From Bacteroidia bacterium (GTDB lineage Bacteria > Bacteroidota > Bacteroidia > NS11-12g > UBA9320): a stretch of DNA of 64,000 bases. The notes under the pieces were generated by a model. It saw only the letters and a program-made list of their open reading frames with translations. It was not told the DNA's origin and ran no database searches. The DNA lies in the NCBI GenBank assembly GCA_017640445.1, contig JAEPQQ010000003.1:42543-106542 (forward strand), read 5' to 3'. This document shows, piece by piece, positions 1 through 10,177 of the stretch (position 1 is its first letter; every line of letters starts with the position of its first letter). The position numbers were made by a program, and so were the translations under genes.

Positions 1-1487
1 ACTTTGGAGACCCAACGACTGATGCTGACACCTCGCACGAAGTAAATCCAACATGGGTATATCCAGGCAACGGAGAATATCTGGCGGTTTTGCATGCCTC
101 CAATGATGTATGTGAAGCAGAATACAAGTTTGTAGTTCGCGTTAAATCTAAAATAGATGTTGAACTAGGACCCGACCTGTACTTCTGCGACAAGGTTGAT
201 CGTTTTCTTTCGCCGCGCATATTTGACGCCACTAAAATTAAGTGGAACACAGGTCAATTCGGGCCATCTATTCGCGCCCAGGACACAGGCAAATACAAAG
301 CCACCGTTTATTATGGGAACTGTACAGGAAGCGACTCGTTAAACCTTCATCTCGATCCAGTAGAATTTTCCATGATTCCTGACACCCTTTTCTGTACAGA
401 AGATGAGGTAGACGTGATGTTGGATGCAGGTGTTGAAGAGCACAGGTATAGATGGAATACATCTCACAAAGACACATTTCAAACCCTTCATGTGACAAAA
501 TCAGGTACCTATTGGGTGCACGTCAGCAATAGAAACTGCTCAAAGGTAGATTCGACCAAAGTATACGTTGCCGACCCTGAACTGCCTGAATACATGTTTG
601 TTTGCAACGAGTTCGAAAAAGAATTTGACGGAGGAGACGACTACATCGGTGGGGCCACCTTCTTATGGAACGATGGTTCGACCGAAAGGAGAAAAATTCT
701 CGACACTGCCGGTCTCCATTGGGTACGGGTAACCTTCAAGCACTGCGTTGTAACCGACTCCATATTTATTGAAAACCCCGTTATCAATCTTGATTTGGGC
801 AACGACACAAATTACTGTGACGACTTATATCGATTCATGTCTGCGCCTGACGATATGTTCAGCTATTTGTGGCACGACAATTCTACGAACCAAACCTTCG
901 AGACGAATGAGCCAGGAACATTTCACGTAGCGGTTGTTGATACCAACGGTTGTGAGAAATCGGATACGCTAAACCTCACCATGACGTATTCTCCGTCCAT
1001 CGACCTTGGCAATGACACGACCATTTGTCTCCGAAGTGTGGTTGACTTTGGAGTAAATCAGGATTTCACGGAGTATATATGGAATACGGGAGAGTCCAGC
1101 GCCTTTATTGAAGCATCTGACTCTGGTTATTACGTGTTAAAGGTTATTGACGAGCATGGTTGTTTTGCCACTGACAGCGTCTACTTATCGGTGGACCCTG
1201 AGGCATTGCCGAACAACCTGTTTATCCCGAATGCCTTTAGCCCGGATGGAAATGGACTAAACGAACTCTTCCCATTTAGTGAGCTTATTCCACAACCAGA
1301 ATATCGCGTGCGGATTTTCAACCGTTGGGGTGAAAAGATATTTGATTCTGATGTGGATGGCCAGCGATGGGATGCTACCCATCAGGGTAAACCCGTAGAA
1401 CCTGAGGCATATATGTACATGGTTGATTACCGTGCATGCAACGGTGAACTCAAACGAACAAACGGCACCATCACTGTAATGAAATAA
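1..1487 (+). CDS. PKD-repeat surface protein with gliding-motility-associated (T9SS type B/CHU_C) C-terminal domain; 5' end lies outside the window
   Basis: Frame is open from base 3 (FGDPTTDADTSHEVNPTWVYPGNGEY, PKD-like). Repeated LGNDT..C / YxWN units. C-terminus FIPNAFSPDGNGLNE...IFNRWGE...WD...Y...GTIT is the CHU_C signature. Confidence 0.85.
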   Translation, partial: FGDPTTDADTSHEVNPTWVYPGNGEYLAVLHASNDVCEAEYKFVVRVKSKIDVELGPDLYFCDKVDRFLSPRIFDATKIKWNTGQFGPSIRAQDTGKYKATVYYGNCTGSDSLNLHLDPVEFSMIPDTLFCTEDEVDVMLDAGVEEHRYRWNTSHKDTFQTLHVTKSGTYWVHVSNRNCSKVDSTKVYVADPELPEYMFVCNEFEKEFDGGDDYIGGATFLWNDGSTERRKILDTAGLHWVRVTFKHCVVTDSIFIENPVINLDLGNDTNYCDDLYRFMSAPDDMFSYLWHDNSTNQTFETNEPGTFHVAVVDTNGCEKSDTLNLTMTYSPSIDLGNDTTICLRSVVDFGVNQDFTEYIWNTGESSAFIEASDSGYYVLKVIDEHGCFATDSVYLSVDPEALPNNLFIPNAFSPDGNGLNELFPFSELIPQPEYRVRIFNRWGEKIFDSDVDGQRWDATHQGKPVEPEAYMYMVDYRACNGELKRTNGTITVMK

Positions 1488-1528
1488 AGCCGATCGGCGT
1501 ATTTTTGCTCTAAGCTAAAAACACGCCT

Positions 1529-3088
1529 ATGCCAATTCGAATGGTCGATGATCCCCAGGATCCCAAACGCAATAACACAAATAACAATAAGAAACGTGGC
1601 GGAGTACCTCCTGCTCTACTCCTTTTACTTCCTTCGCTGCTAAAATTCCTATTCAAACGGCCAAAACTGTTGATTGGTGTTATTGTTATTGCAGGCCTGT
1701 TTTATTTCTTTGGTGGAAACCTAACACCTGAACAACCATCATCCATCGCCGAAGAAGAAGTTTCGGCCGACTTTAGCACTGGCTTAAACATGAGCCAGGA
1801 GATGTATGACAAAAGCGAGATTTTCGAACCGCTTGTGGCTGGGTACAAGAACCAACTCCCATCTCAGGTAAGTCTTGAACAGTATTGCCCCGATCGCCTA
1901 AACCAGGGTTCTCAAGGTTCATGCGTTGGATGGAGCAGCTCTTATGCCGCTCGAACTATTCTGGAAAGCAGGAATTCTGGTTTACCTCCCAACCAGGTGG
2001 CGTTTAGCCCGTCGTCGCTGTATAATCAAATTCGACTACCCAATTGCCAGGGCGCATATATCCATACCGCCATGAAGGTAATGAAGGAGCGTGGTGTTCT
2101 CCCCTTTCAAGAGTTTAAATACAACCAATACGACTGTGAACGTACACCGAGCCGGAACCAGATGAGTCGGGCAAATCAGTTTAGAACCAGAGGTTTCCAA
2201 CGCCTATGGGAAAACGAAGGAGGAACCGATATTCTGGCAATCAAGCAAAACATTGCCCAAGGTGCTCCCGTGGTTGTAGGCATGCTTGTTGGTGGTAGTT
2301 TTATGAACGCTATGCAGGGAAAGGCCGTTTGGAGACCAACCCGAACCGATTACCGCATGCGGGGATTTGGTGGCCATGCCATGTGCCTTGTAGGATATGA
2401 CGATAATAAAGAAGGTGGGGCTTTTCAAATCATGAACAGCTGGGGTGAAAACTGGGGCGACGATGGTTTTTGCTGGGTACGCTATTCCGACTTTGAACAT
2501 TTTACACGTGAGGCTTACGGACTTTACCCGATGGGTAATGCGGAGCGAAACGACCCTAATAAACTGGCAGTGGACTTTGGTTTGGTAGAGAATTCTAGCA
2601 TGAGCAACATTCCTTTGTCCATGGCAGGCCAACATAATGGTGTTGCACTTTTTCGTACTTCAAGAGCCGTTCCGAAAGGAACCAGATTCAAAATCGAAGT
2701 AAGTAATAGTGTAGAATGTTACGTCTACATAATTGGCGAAGAAACCGACGGCAGCAATTATGTTTTATTCCCATACACAGAAAAACATTCGCCTTACTGT
2801 GGTATAACCGGTACACGATTGTTCCCACGTAACCAGTCGTTGATGATTGACGACCTGGGTTCTCGCGACCGAATGGCCGTAATTGTGAGTAAAGTTCCTC
2901 TTGACATAAACTACTTGAACACTGTACTTAACCAAATACGTGGGACTTTCCTTCAGGATCTGACTCAAGTACTAGAGCCTTACACTATACGTCAAGTCAA
3001 GTTTCAGTCGGGTAATGTCATTCACTTTGATGCCATAACCGATGGCAATAAAGCCGTTGCCATGCTCATAGAGGTTGACAAAAACTAG
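1529..3088 (+). CDS. Membrane-anchored C1 (papain-like) cysteine peptidase with a C-terminal DUF4384-like domain
   Basis: NQGSQGSCVGW (catalytic Cys), GGHAMCLVGYDD (His), IMNSWG (Asn). N-terminal hydrophobic segment. C-terminal CYVYII...VLFP pattern. Confidence 0.85.
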   Translation: MPIRMVDDPQDPKRNNTNNNKKRGGVPPALLLLLPSLLKFLFKRPKLLIGVIVIAGLFYFFGGNLTPEQPSSIAEEEVSADFSTGLNMSQEMYDKSEIFEPLVAGYKNQLPSQVSLEQYCPDRLNQGSQGSCVGWSSSYAARTILESRNSGLPPNQVAFSPSSLYNQIRLPNCQGAYIHTAMKVMKERGVLPFQEFKYNQYDCERTPSRNQMSRANQFRTRGFQRLWENEGGTDILAIKQNIAQGAPVVVGMLVGGSFMNAMQGKAVWRPTRTDYRMRGFGGHAMCLVGYDDNKEGGAFQIMNSWGENWGDDGFCWVRYSDFEHFTREAYGLYPMGNAERNDPNKLAVDFGLVENSSMSNIPLSMAGQHNGVALFRTSRAVPKGTRFKIEVSNSVECYVYIIGEETDGSNYVLFPYTEKHSPYCGITGTRLFPRNQSLMIDDLGSRDRMAVIVSKVPLDINYLNTVLNQIRGTFLQDLTQVLEPYTIRQVKFQSGNVIHFDAITDGNKAVAMLIEVDKN

Positions 3089-3091
3089 TCT

Positions 3092-4504
3092 TTACAACTC
3101 GAGTTTGTACGACTGCCCCAGGTGAGGTATTTCTACGGTTGAGAACTTATTTTCTTCAAGTGCCTCCTTGAAGGCCTCTTGACGTTTAAGATCTCCATGC
3201 ACCAGAAACGTCTTTTTGAGTTTGTGACGATTTAGATTTTCCAGGTAATCGAGCATTTCCTGTTGATCACCATGGGCGCTAAAGGAGTCGAGCACTTTTA
3301 CCTCGGCATTTACCTTGTAGTGCACACCAAAGATTCGAACCTCTTCATCGCCTGCCCGTATTCTACCGCCCAGGGTTCCAGGCGAACAGTAACCTACTAC
3401 CAAAATGGTATTTCGAGGGTCGCTAATAGTGTTGGCCAGGTGATGTTTTACCCTGCCTGCCGACATCATTCCACTTGCACTTATTATGATGGCCGGTTCT
3501 TTCAGGTTGTTGATCTTTTTTGATTGATCTACACTGCGCACGTACTTCAATCCATTAAAACCAAATGGGTTGGGATCTTCGCTCATGTAGTCCAGAATGT
3601 TCTCATCGAAACATTCCGGATGCATGGTAAAGATATCCGTGGCGTTCACCGCCAGTGGGCTATCAACAAACACGGGAATCCTTGGTAATTTACCTTCTCG
3701 TTCCAACTGGTCCAACATGTATACAATCTCCTGTGTTCGTCCTACGCTAAACGCTGGAATGATGAGTTTGCCCTTCTTGTCAACACAGGTATGATGAATC
3801 ACATCCAGCAATTCCTGCTTGTTATCGGGCATACCACCGTGCTTTCTACCACCGTACGTGGATTCGCAAATCAGGTAATCAACATCATCAAGAGGTTGTG
3901 GGTCCCGAAGAATCGGTCGCTCTGGCCTGCCTATATCACCCGTAAACCCGATGTATTTCTTGTACCCGCCTTCCATCTCAACACGGATGGTTACGCTGGC
4001 ACTACCCAGAATATGCCCGCTATCCCGAAACCGGACCGATACGGTGTCGTTGATCCGATACCATCTGTTATACCCTACACCTACAAATTGGTCCATGCAC
4101 ATACGTGCATCTTCAACGGTATAAAGCGGTTTTACAGGTTTGAGTCCAAGTCGCTCCTTACGCTTGTTTACGTATACTACATCCTTCTCCTGAATGTATG
4201 CACTATCCATGAGCATAATAGACGCCAAATCACGTGTGGCACTGGTACAAATTATGTCTCCCTTAAAACCATCCTTACTCAATTTCGGAATGCGACCACT
4301 GTGATCGATATGTGCATGACTCAGCACCAGGTAGTCTATTTCTTCAGGGTTAAATAGCCACTCCCGATTAAAATTCTCATATTTATCCTCATTCCCCTGA
4401 TACAAACCGCAATCCAATAAAATGGTTGTACCATCGTCGAGGGTTATCAGGTGACTGCTTCCGGTAACCGTTTGCGCAGCACCACAAAACTTGATTTTTG
4501 CCAT
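3092..4504 (-). CDS. MBL-fold beta-CASP ribonuclease (Ysh1/CPSF-73-like)
   Basis: GAAQTVTGS, LLDCG, SHAHIDHSG, GHILGS, ESTYG, PAFSVGRTQE, FSAHGD and VHG motifs. Confidence 0.9.
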   Translation of the reverse strand: MAKIKFCGAAQTVTGSSHLITLDDGTTILLDCGLYQGNEDKYENFNREWLFNPEEIDYLVLSHAHIDHSGRIPKLSKDGFKGDIICTSATRDLASIMLMDSAYIQEKDVVYVNKRKERLGLKPVKPLYTVEDARMCMDQFVGVGYNRWYRINDTVSVRFRDSGHILGSASVTIRVEMEGGYKKYIGFTGDIGRPERPILRDPQPLDDVDYLICESTYGGRKHGGMPDNKQELLDVIHHTCVDKKGKLIIPAFSVGRTQEIVYMLDQLEREGKLPRIPVFVDSPLAVNATDIFTMHPECFDENILDYMSEDPNPFGFNGLKYVRSVDQSKKINNLKEPAIIISASGMMSAGRVKHHLANTISDPRNTILVVGYCSPGTLGGRIRAGDEEVRIFGVHYKVNAEVKVLDSFSAHGDQQEMLDYLENLNRHKLKKTFLVHGDLKRQEAFKEALEENKFSTVEIPHLGQSYKLEL

Positions 4505-4539
4505 AGATGATTAATTACTACAAGGTTAATCTATTTCAT

Positions 4540-4568
4540 AAAAAAGAGGGCACTAATGCACCCTCTTT
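4540..4568 (-). terminator. Rho-independent terminator downstream of degP
   Basis: Minus strand reads AAAGAGGGTGC-ATTA-GTGCCCTC followed by a T run; the stem includes G-U pairs. Confidence 0.7.
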
Positions 4569-4590
4569 AAAAACCGTATAAATCGTTGGA

Positions 4591-6048
4591 TTACTTCTCA
4601 ACCCGGATCGCAAACGACTCTTCATCGCCGTTTGGCATAACGCCATCAATCAATATGGATCCTTCTTTGTTTTCAAGTAATTTTTCAACGTCTTTGGTGG
4701 TGTAAACCCGTTGTTTGTCAATGGTTGTGATTACAAATCCTTCAGGAACATCCTTATCCTTCAGTGGTCCTTTTCCGATCTTCTTAATACGGACACCATT
4801 GGAAATTTTCAACTCCATTTTCTCTGTATGACCAAGGTTTTCAAAGGTACCTCCCAGTACTACTTTTTCCTCTCGGATCGCCTCCGTGGTAATTTCCTTT
4901 TTCCCATCCTTGCTCAATAGCTTTACCGACTTCTCGATTTGCTCGTTATCTCTCTTTAAAACGACTACGATATCGTCGCCCGGGTGGAACCGGCTTATTT
5001 CCTCTTGTAGCTCAGAAGCTTTGTTTACGGCCTCTCCATCAATGCTCAGTATCACATCTCCCGGTTTTATGCCCGCCTTATCTGCAGCTCCACCATCCAC
5101 AACATCTGGCACATAAACTCCTTCAATATCCTTGATTCCTTTCTCCATAGCCAGTTCAGCCGTTACATCCTGAATTCGAACTCCCAGAATGGCACGTTTT
5201 ACCTCACCATACTTACGCAAATCGTCTAGTATCTTTTTGGCAATGTTTACCGGAACAGCAAAAGAGTATCCTGCATAAGACCCGGTTTGCGAAGCAATGG
5301 CCGTATTAATGCCAATGAGTTCTCCTTTTGTATTAACCAACGCACCTCCACTGTTTCCGGGGTTTACGGCAGCATCAGTTTGAATGAAGTTCTCAATTGC
5401 ATATTCACTATTCTGTCGAAGCAGGTTGATGTTTCTTCCCTTTGCACTTACAATACCGGCGGTAACTGTGCTGGTTAGGTTAAAGGGGTTTCCCACAGCC
5501 ACTACCCACTCACCAACACGTACGTCGTCGGAGTTTCCGAACGAAAGGAAAGGAAGATCCTTTTCCTCGATCTTAAGCAATGCCAAATCCGTTTCAGGGT
5601 CGCGCCCTACCAATTCGGCATCGTAACTTCGTTTATCATTAAGGATTACCTCAATCTTCGAAGCGTTTTCAATCACGTGATTATTCGTAGCAATGTAACC
5701 GTTGTTCATGATAATCACACCTGAACCAGAAGCCTGTCTTGGCTGGTTTCGTTTGAAACGTGGATCATCAAAGAACCCAAATGGATCAAACATTTCGGTT
5801 GTATTTCCTGACTGCGCCAAATCAATTTCGGTTTTGATATGCACAACGGCCGGAGTTGCATGTTCGGACACCTCAACGAAGTCTCCACCGATCTCCGCAA
5901 CTACCGATTCCTGATTGGCAAACTGCACCTTTTGTTGTTCCTCAAATGATTGTGGCATTGTCTTTTCGCTAAAAAAGAAATGGTTGAGACCCAATGCTAC
6001 TGCACCTCCTACAAAGGCTATTGCCAAAATTCCTAAAAACTTCTTCAT
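4591..6048 (-). CDS. degP: HtrA/DegP (Do) family periplasmic serine protease with PDZ domains
   Basis: TNNHV, DLALLK and NPGNSGGAL catalytic triad motifs; two PDZ-like regions. Start moved to ATG 6048 (MKKFLG, signal/anchor). Confidence 0.9.
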   Translation of the reverse strand: MKKFLGILAIAFVGGAVALGLNHFFFSEKTMPQSFEEQQKVQFANQESVVAEIGGDFVEVSEHATPAVVHIKTEIDLAQSGNTTEMFDPFGFFDDPRFKRNQPRQASGSGVIIMNNGYIATNNHVIENASKIEVILNDKRSYDAELVGRDPETDLALLKIEEKDLPFLSFGNSDDVRVGEWVVAVGNPFNLTSTVTAGIVSAKGRNINLLRQNSEYAIENFIQTDAAVNPGNSGGALVNTKGELIGINTAIASQTGSYAGYSFAVPVNIAKKILDDLRKYGEVKRAILGVRIQDVTAELAMEKGIKDIEGVYVPDVVDGGAADKAGIKPGDVILSIDGEAVNKASELQEEISRFHPGDDIVVVLKRDNEQIEKSVKLLSKDGKKEITTEAIREEKVVLGGTFENLGHTEKMELKISNGVRIKKIGKGPLKDKDVPEGFVITTIDKQRVYTTKDVEKLLENKEGSILIDGVMPNGDEESFAIRVEK

Positions 6049-6204
6049 ACTCACTTTTTCTTTAATCTGTTGGTTATTAACATTCACGAATTTAATCATG
6101 AAGTTAAATTGTCACTTAAAATTCGATATTTGTAACGTTTTAAAAGCTAAAGTTCATTTACATCGTTTACCAGATTCGATTAAATAATATTAACCCTCTA
6201 CAAA

Positions 6205-6774
6205 ATGCTCTTAAACAAACGATTTTCTGATTCTCAACTCGTTGAGGAGATCAAAGCAGGAAACGAAGATGCATTAGTAGTTATGTACAAATCATATTAT
6301 GCGATGGTCAAGAACTTTATACTTAAAAACAACGGTTCGGAGGATGAAGTAGACGACGTCTTGCAAGATGGGTTAATTGCAGTTTGGCGCAACGTAAACA
6401 AATCAAACTTCTCGCTCACCGTAAAAATGAGCACCTACCTAATGGCCATAGTGAAAAACCTGTGGTTCAAACAACTCAAGAAAAAAACACGGTTTACGGT
6501 AGTTGATGAATCCCTGCAGGAAAAAATCACTGCCGATGACATTTCAACGGATCACCTGGACCACAGCGTTATTCATACGTTGGTGGCCGAACTTGACGAA
6601 ACCTGTAAGAAGTTGCTCTCTTACTTCTATTTCGATGGCTTAGAAAACAAAGTCATTGCCGAAAAGATGGGTTTTGCCAATACCGACACGGTTAAATCCA
6701 AGAAATACCAATGTTTTAAGCGACTTCAGAGCGCTGTGACCTCGCAATTCAAAAAAGAAGACTTCTTTAACTGA
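6205..6774 (+). CDS. ECF-type RNA polymerase sigma-70 factor
   Basis: Region 2 (DDVLQDGLIAVW...TYLMAIVKNLW) and region 4 HTH (VIAEKMG...TVKSKKYQC). Confidence 0.9.
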   Translation: MLLNKRFSDSQLVEEIKAGNEDALVVMYKSYYAMVKNFILKNNGSEDEVDDVLQDGLIAVWRNVNKSNFSLTVKMSTYLMAIVKNLWFKQLKKKTRFTVVDESLQEKITADDISTDHLDHSVIHTLVAELDETCKKLLSYFYFDGLENKVIAEKMGFANTDTVKSKKYQCFKRLQSAVTSQFKKEDFFN

Positions 6775-6779
6775 CAGCC

Positions 6780-7853
6780 ATGACCGAGGAACAGCACATA
6801 CACGAATTGATCGATCAGTACCTGAGAGGTGAACTGTTCGGGCAGGAATTGGATAAATTTAAGATCCGACTCAAAGATGATGAAGCCTTTTTGCAACAAG
6901 TTCAATTGCAGAAGGCGATCATCCAAAGCATAGAGGCCAACCGAAATGCCGAGCTCAAGGAAATGTTGAAAAAACGCACTCAACGAAGTAGCTTTTTTAT
7001 TCCTTTTGGGAAACGACCTCTGGCCATAGCCGCCACCCTCCTTTCTTTATTGGCATTTGGGCTGGTTCTAAAAACCATGCTGCCGTCTAACATGTCGGAG
7101 CTTGCTGAAAACTATGAAGATTCAGCTTCTGATGAAGAAGTTGCTGAGTACAAAGTAGAAGACACTGGCCAGAAAGAAGAAACCAATAATGGCACCCCAA
7201 CGGAAACTAAGGAAGAGGGCGCATTACCCAATACGGACGAAGAGCCTAATCCTGAGCTTGCCTTCTCATACGATGAAGTAGAAGAAGACGCTGATGTTCA
7301 ACTCTCTGCCGACGATGAGGAGATTGACATTTCTCGTCTCAAAGCGGACGAAGATCAGCTTGACGGAAGCAACGTTACCGCACAACGCGACACGTTGCTT
7401 GGGTCTAAAAACATCCCTGTGTGGGCCTATTTGGTTGCTCAGCAAGAAACCCGTGCCGAATACCTCGAAGAAGATGGGGTTGAAACCACCGAAGTTTCCA
7501 AGGATACGCGCAAGAAAACACGGAGGGAGCGAAAAATAGTGGAAGCTGAACGTGCAGATAACGTAGACATAACTGACAAACAGCCCCCTGCCACCACATT
7601 TGAGCAAAAGCAGTCCGGATCGTTACGAATCGAATACTGGCACAGCATTGTTAATTTTAAGGGATACAAATTCGACGGTTCAAAATTATTGCTGTTCGAC
7701 ACCCCGCAAGACCTCCCTTTGAAGGTTATTCAGTACAATGGCAGCACCTATCTGAAAAAGGGAAGCACCTTCTATCAGGTCATTCCAAACAATAACTTCA
7801 ATCATTTGTCTAAAGTATCAGACAACGAAGTACTCAAGATATTAAACAAGTAA
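6780..7853 (+). CDS. Putative anti-sigma factor (single TM, acidic extracytoplasmic linker)
   Basis: Directly follows the ECF sigma. N-terminus LIDQYLRGEL...F is typical of Bacteroidota anti-sigma N-domains. One TM helix, then a long D/E-rich segment. Confidence 0.55.
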   Translation: MTEEQHIHELIDQYLRGELFGQELDKFKIRLKDDEAFLQQVQLQKAIIQSIEANRNAELKEMLKKRTQRSSFFIPFGKRPLAIAATLLSLLAFGLVLKTMLPSNMSELAENYEDSASDEEVAEYKVEDTGQKEETNNGTPTETKEEGALPNTDEEPNPELAFSYDEVEEDADVQLSADDEEIDISRLKADEDQLDGSNVTAQRDTLLGSKNIPVWAYLVAQQETRAEYLEEDGVETTEVSKDTRKKTRRERKIVEAERADNVDITDKQPPATTFEQKQSGSLRIEYWHSIVNFKGYKFDGSKLLLFDTPQDLPLKVIQYNGSTYLKKGSTFYQVIPNNNFNHLSKVSDNEVLKILNK

Positions 7854-7859
7854 AACGGG

Positions 7860-8642
7860 TTGAAACTTCAATTTGAAAAATACCAGGGAACAGGTAACGA
7901 CTTTGTAATGATCGATAACCGATCGAAGGCGTTTGACACAGGCAAACTACCTGTCTCCAAAATTTGTGACCGAAAATTTGGAATCGGAGCAGATGGTTTA
8001 ATTGTTATTGAACATCACGACACACTCGACTTCAACATGATTTACTTCAATTCTGATGGCAGTCAAAGCTTTTGTGGGAATGGAAGCCGATGTGCAGTAG
8101 CATACGCCAAATCTTTGGGAATGATCAACTCTTCTACCCATTTCTTGTCTACCGACGGAGAACACTATGCCGAGATTTCGGATACAGGTGAAGTACGATT
8201 AAAGATGCACGATGTACACAACGTGGAACGGCGTTCGAATGACTTTATACTGGATACCGGATCACCTCACTACATCATCTTTGAAGATGACCTGGAAAAC
8301 CTCGACCTTGTGAACCGAGCGAGGGAAATACGGTACAACTCTGAGTTCAAGGGAGAAGGCATCAATGTAAACTTCATTAAACCCACTTCTGAAATACTGG
8401 AAATTCGAACGTATGAACGAGGTGTGGAAGACGAAACCTTAAGTTGTGGAACTGGCGTTACAGCAGCCGTATTGGCTGACTTTGCCTCGTCGGGCGCAAC
8501 GGGTTCTCTTCATAAACGCACGGTCAAAAGTCAAGGAGGTACGCTTCGAGTAGAATTCAAAAAAGCAGATAATGGCTTTAACGATATTTATTTGATCGGA
8601 CCGGCAAAAAAGACCTTTCAGGGAGTTATCGAACTAACATAA
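7860..8642 (+). CDS. dapF: Diaminopimelate epimerase
   Basis: KYQGTGNDF, FCGNGSRC, TGSPH, ERGVEDETLSCGTG. Confidence 0.95.
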   Translation: MKLQFEKYQGTGNDFVMIDNRSKAFDTGKLPVSKICDRKFGIGADGLIVIEHHDTLDFNMIYFNSDGSQSFCGNGSRCAVAYAKSLGMINSSTHFLSTDGEHYAEISDTGEVRLKMHDVHNVERRSNDFILDTGSPHYIIFEDDLENLDLVNRAREIRYNSEFKGEGINVNFIKPTSEILEIRTYERGVEDETLSCGTGVTAAVLADFASSGATGSLHKRTVKSQGGTLRVEFKKADNGFNDIYLIGPAKKTFQGVIELT

Positions 8643-8670
8643 TCGATTCCCTCTTTCCGATACCGACGAC

Positions 8671-8678
8671 TATCTTTG
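8671..8678 (+). promoter_or_regulatory. Bacteroidota -7 promoter element (TAnnTTTG)
   Basis: TATCTTTG just before the GTG at 8683. The same motif precedes several other genes (10806, 14169, 19185, 23752, 32108, 37718, 43785, 54751, 57128). Confidence 0.55.
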
Positions 8679-8682
8679 TCCG

Positions 8683-10137
8683 GTGCAAAAAACAAGTGGT
8701 GCTTTCTGGTTTTTAATAGGAGCTTTATTTCTTAGCTTATTCTGGATCACACGCAACGACCCCTTCTTTGGTGATGCTATATCATCTATTGCCAGGGCAT
8801 CCAACCACATTTACTTTTCCAACTTTGGAGAAATACGCTATCCCAAAAACCTTGATCCCGGGCATCCTTTGACGTTTCCCCTTGCCCACGCGGCGTTATG
8901 GAGTCTTTTTGGACGAGCTTTATGGGTTAGTCATCTGTTTCAACTCACATTTGGTCTTCTCACCATTTGGCTTATGGTTAAATGGGGTAAAAAAGAAGCT
9001 TCATCAACAAGTGCTTTTATTGCCGCTGCCTGGCTCGCAGTTACTCCATTGTTTATGTCACAATCGGTAAACCCGAACATGCACCTCCCTATGACTTTCT
9101 TCGCCCTGGGACTAGGCTATAGTTTGAAGTTTAACAAAACCTGGGGCCAGTTCCTCTTCTCACTGGCGCTGGTGATAAGTCATTTACAAGGACTTTACTA
9201 TTTAACCCCCTTATGGTTGTGGTGGTTTTTCACGTCCAACAGCCCCATCAAAGAACGGATCGGTCATGGTGCCAAATTACTTACCCTCCCGGCAATTTTG
9301 TTTCTGGCCTGGTTGTACTATCACCAATCCATTACAGGTTGGGCCCTCAGTTCGCCAGACTACGCGGGTCACAGGGGCTTTCCCGGAATTAAACGATTTG
9401 TGGTGAATTTGATCCTATCCGATTGGCGAATGGTCGACTACGGACAAATTGCCTTTTTTGTCCTTCCATGTATTGCACTGATAAAAGGAAAAGCGAAATG
9501 GTCCAAACGACATCCCATGGTGGTTTTTCTCACTATTTACCTCTTCAATGCACTTGCTCTGGCCGTCACCACTAAAACAGGCCCCATGCATCGGTACCTC
9601 CTTCCGTGCCTACCCTTCATAATACTTGCCAATCTGGACTATCTGGATAAGCTGGGTAATTGGAAAAAGGCCCTCCTCTCTCTTGTTCTTCTAAGTGGAC
9701 ACTTTTGGTTTTATCCAGGCAAGGTAATGGGTGACGCCACATTGGCTTATCGTAACATATTCCCTTTGTTAAAAGAAGCAAAAGAAGAATTTGGTCACCC
9801 CGTTTTTCACACCTACGCTCCACTCAGTAATCCTGAGTTCGACACCTATCTGGGTACCAGCAAAACAGATTACCGCGCTCTTTATTCACTTGAACTGGAA
9901 GATGCTCACCATGTCATTGTCAGCAATATCAGTGGTGACTTTAGCCAACGTGAACTCAACACACTCCATTCAAACTGGCCTGTAAAAACATATGAACGAC
10001 GCAACGTGTACCTGGAAGTTTATAGTAATCCGGAAAAAGTTAAACATCCGATAACGGGGCCAAAACGAAAAATTGGCAAGTTAGAACAGTGGATCATCTG
10101 GTTGAAACATAAGATAAAGGGTAAGGATAGCGTTTAG
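8683..10137 (+). CDS. Polytopic membrane protein, probable GT-C (ArnT/PMT-like) glycosyltransferase
   Basis: Many TM helices, D-P-G-H-P in the first loop and a late RYLLP motif, as in GT-C fold enzymes. Confidence 0.55.
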   Translation: MQKTSGAFWFLIGALFLSLFWITRNDPFFGDAISSIARASNHIYFSNFGEIRYPKNLDPGHPLTFPLAHAALWSLFGRALWVSHLFQLTFGLLTIWLMVKWGKKEASSTSAFIAAAWLAVTPLFMSQSVNPNMHLPMTFFALGLGYSLKFNKTWGQFLFSLALVISHLQGLYYLTPLWLWWFFTSNSPIKERIGHGAKLLTLPAILFLAWLYYHQSITGWALSSPDYAGHRGFPGIKRFVVNLILSDWRMVDYGQIAFFVLPCIALIKGKAKWSKRHPMVVFLTIYLFNALALAVTTKTGPMHRYLLPCLPFIILANLDYLDKLGNWKKALLSLVLLSGHFWFYPGKVMGDATLAYRNIFPLLKEAKEEFGHPVFHTYAPLSNPEFDTYLGTSKTDYRALYSLELEDAHHVIVSNISGDFSQRELNTLHSNWPVKTYERRNVYLEVYSNPEKVKHPITGPKRKIGKLEQWIIWLKHKIKGKDSV

Positions 10138-10177
10138 ATTTGGCACGGGAATTGATTTAATTGAAGAAAACAAAGGC

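Noticed and set aside
3263-4357. Many 60-190 aa ORFs antisense or out of frame within long genes (here and throughout the window)
   Set aside because: They are shadows of well-supported genes and show no recognisable motifs.
3092-4504. beta-CASP nuclease as a defence gene
   Set aside because: Typical housekeeping-type MBL RNase in core-genome context with no defence neighbours.
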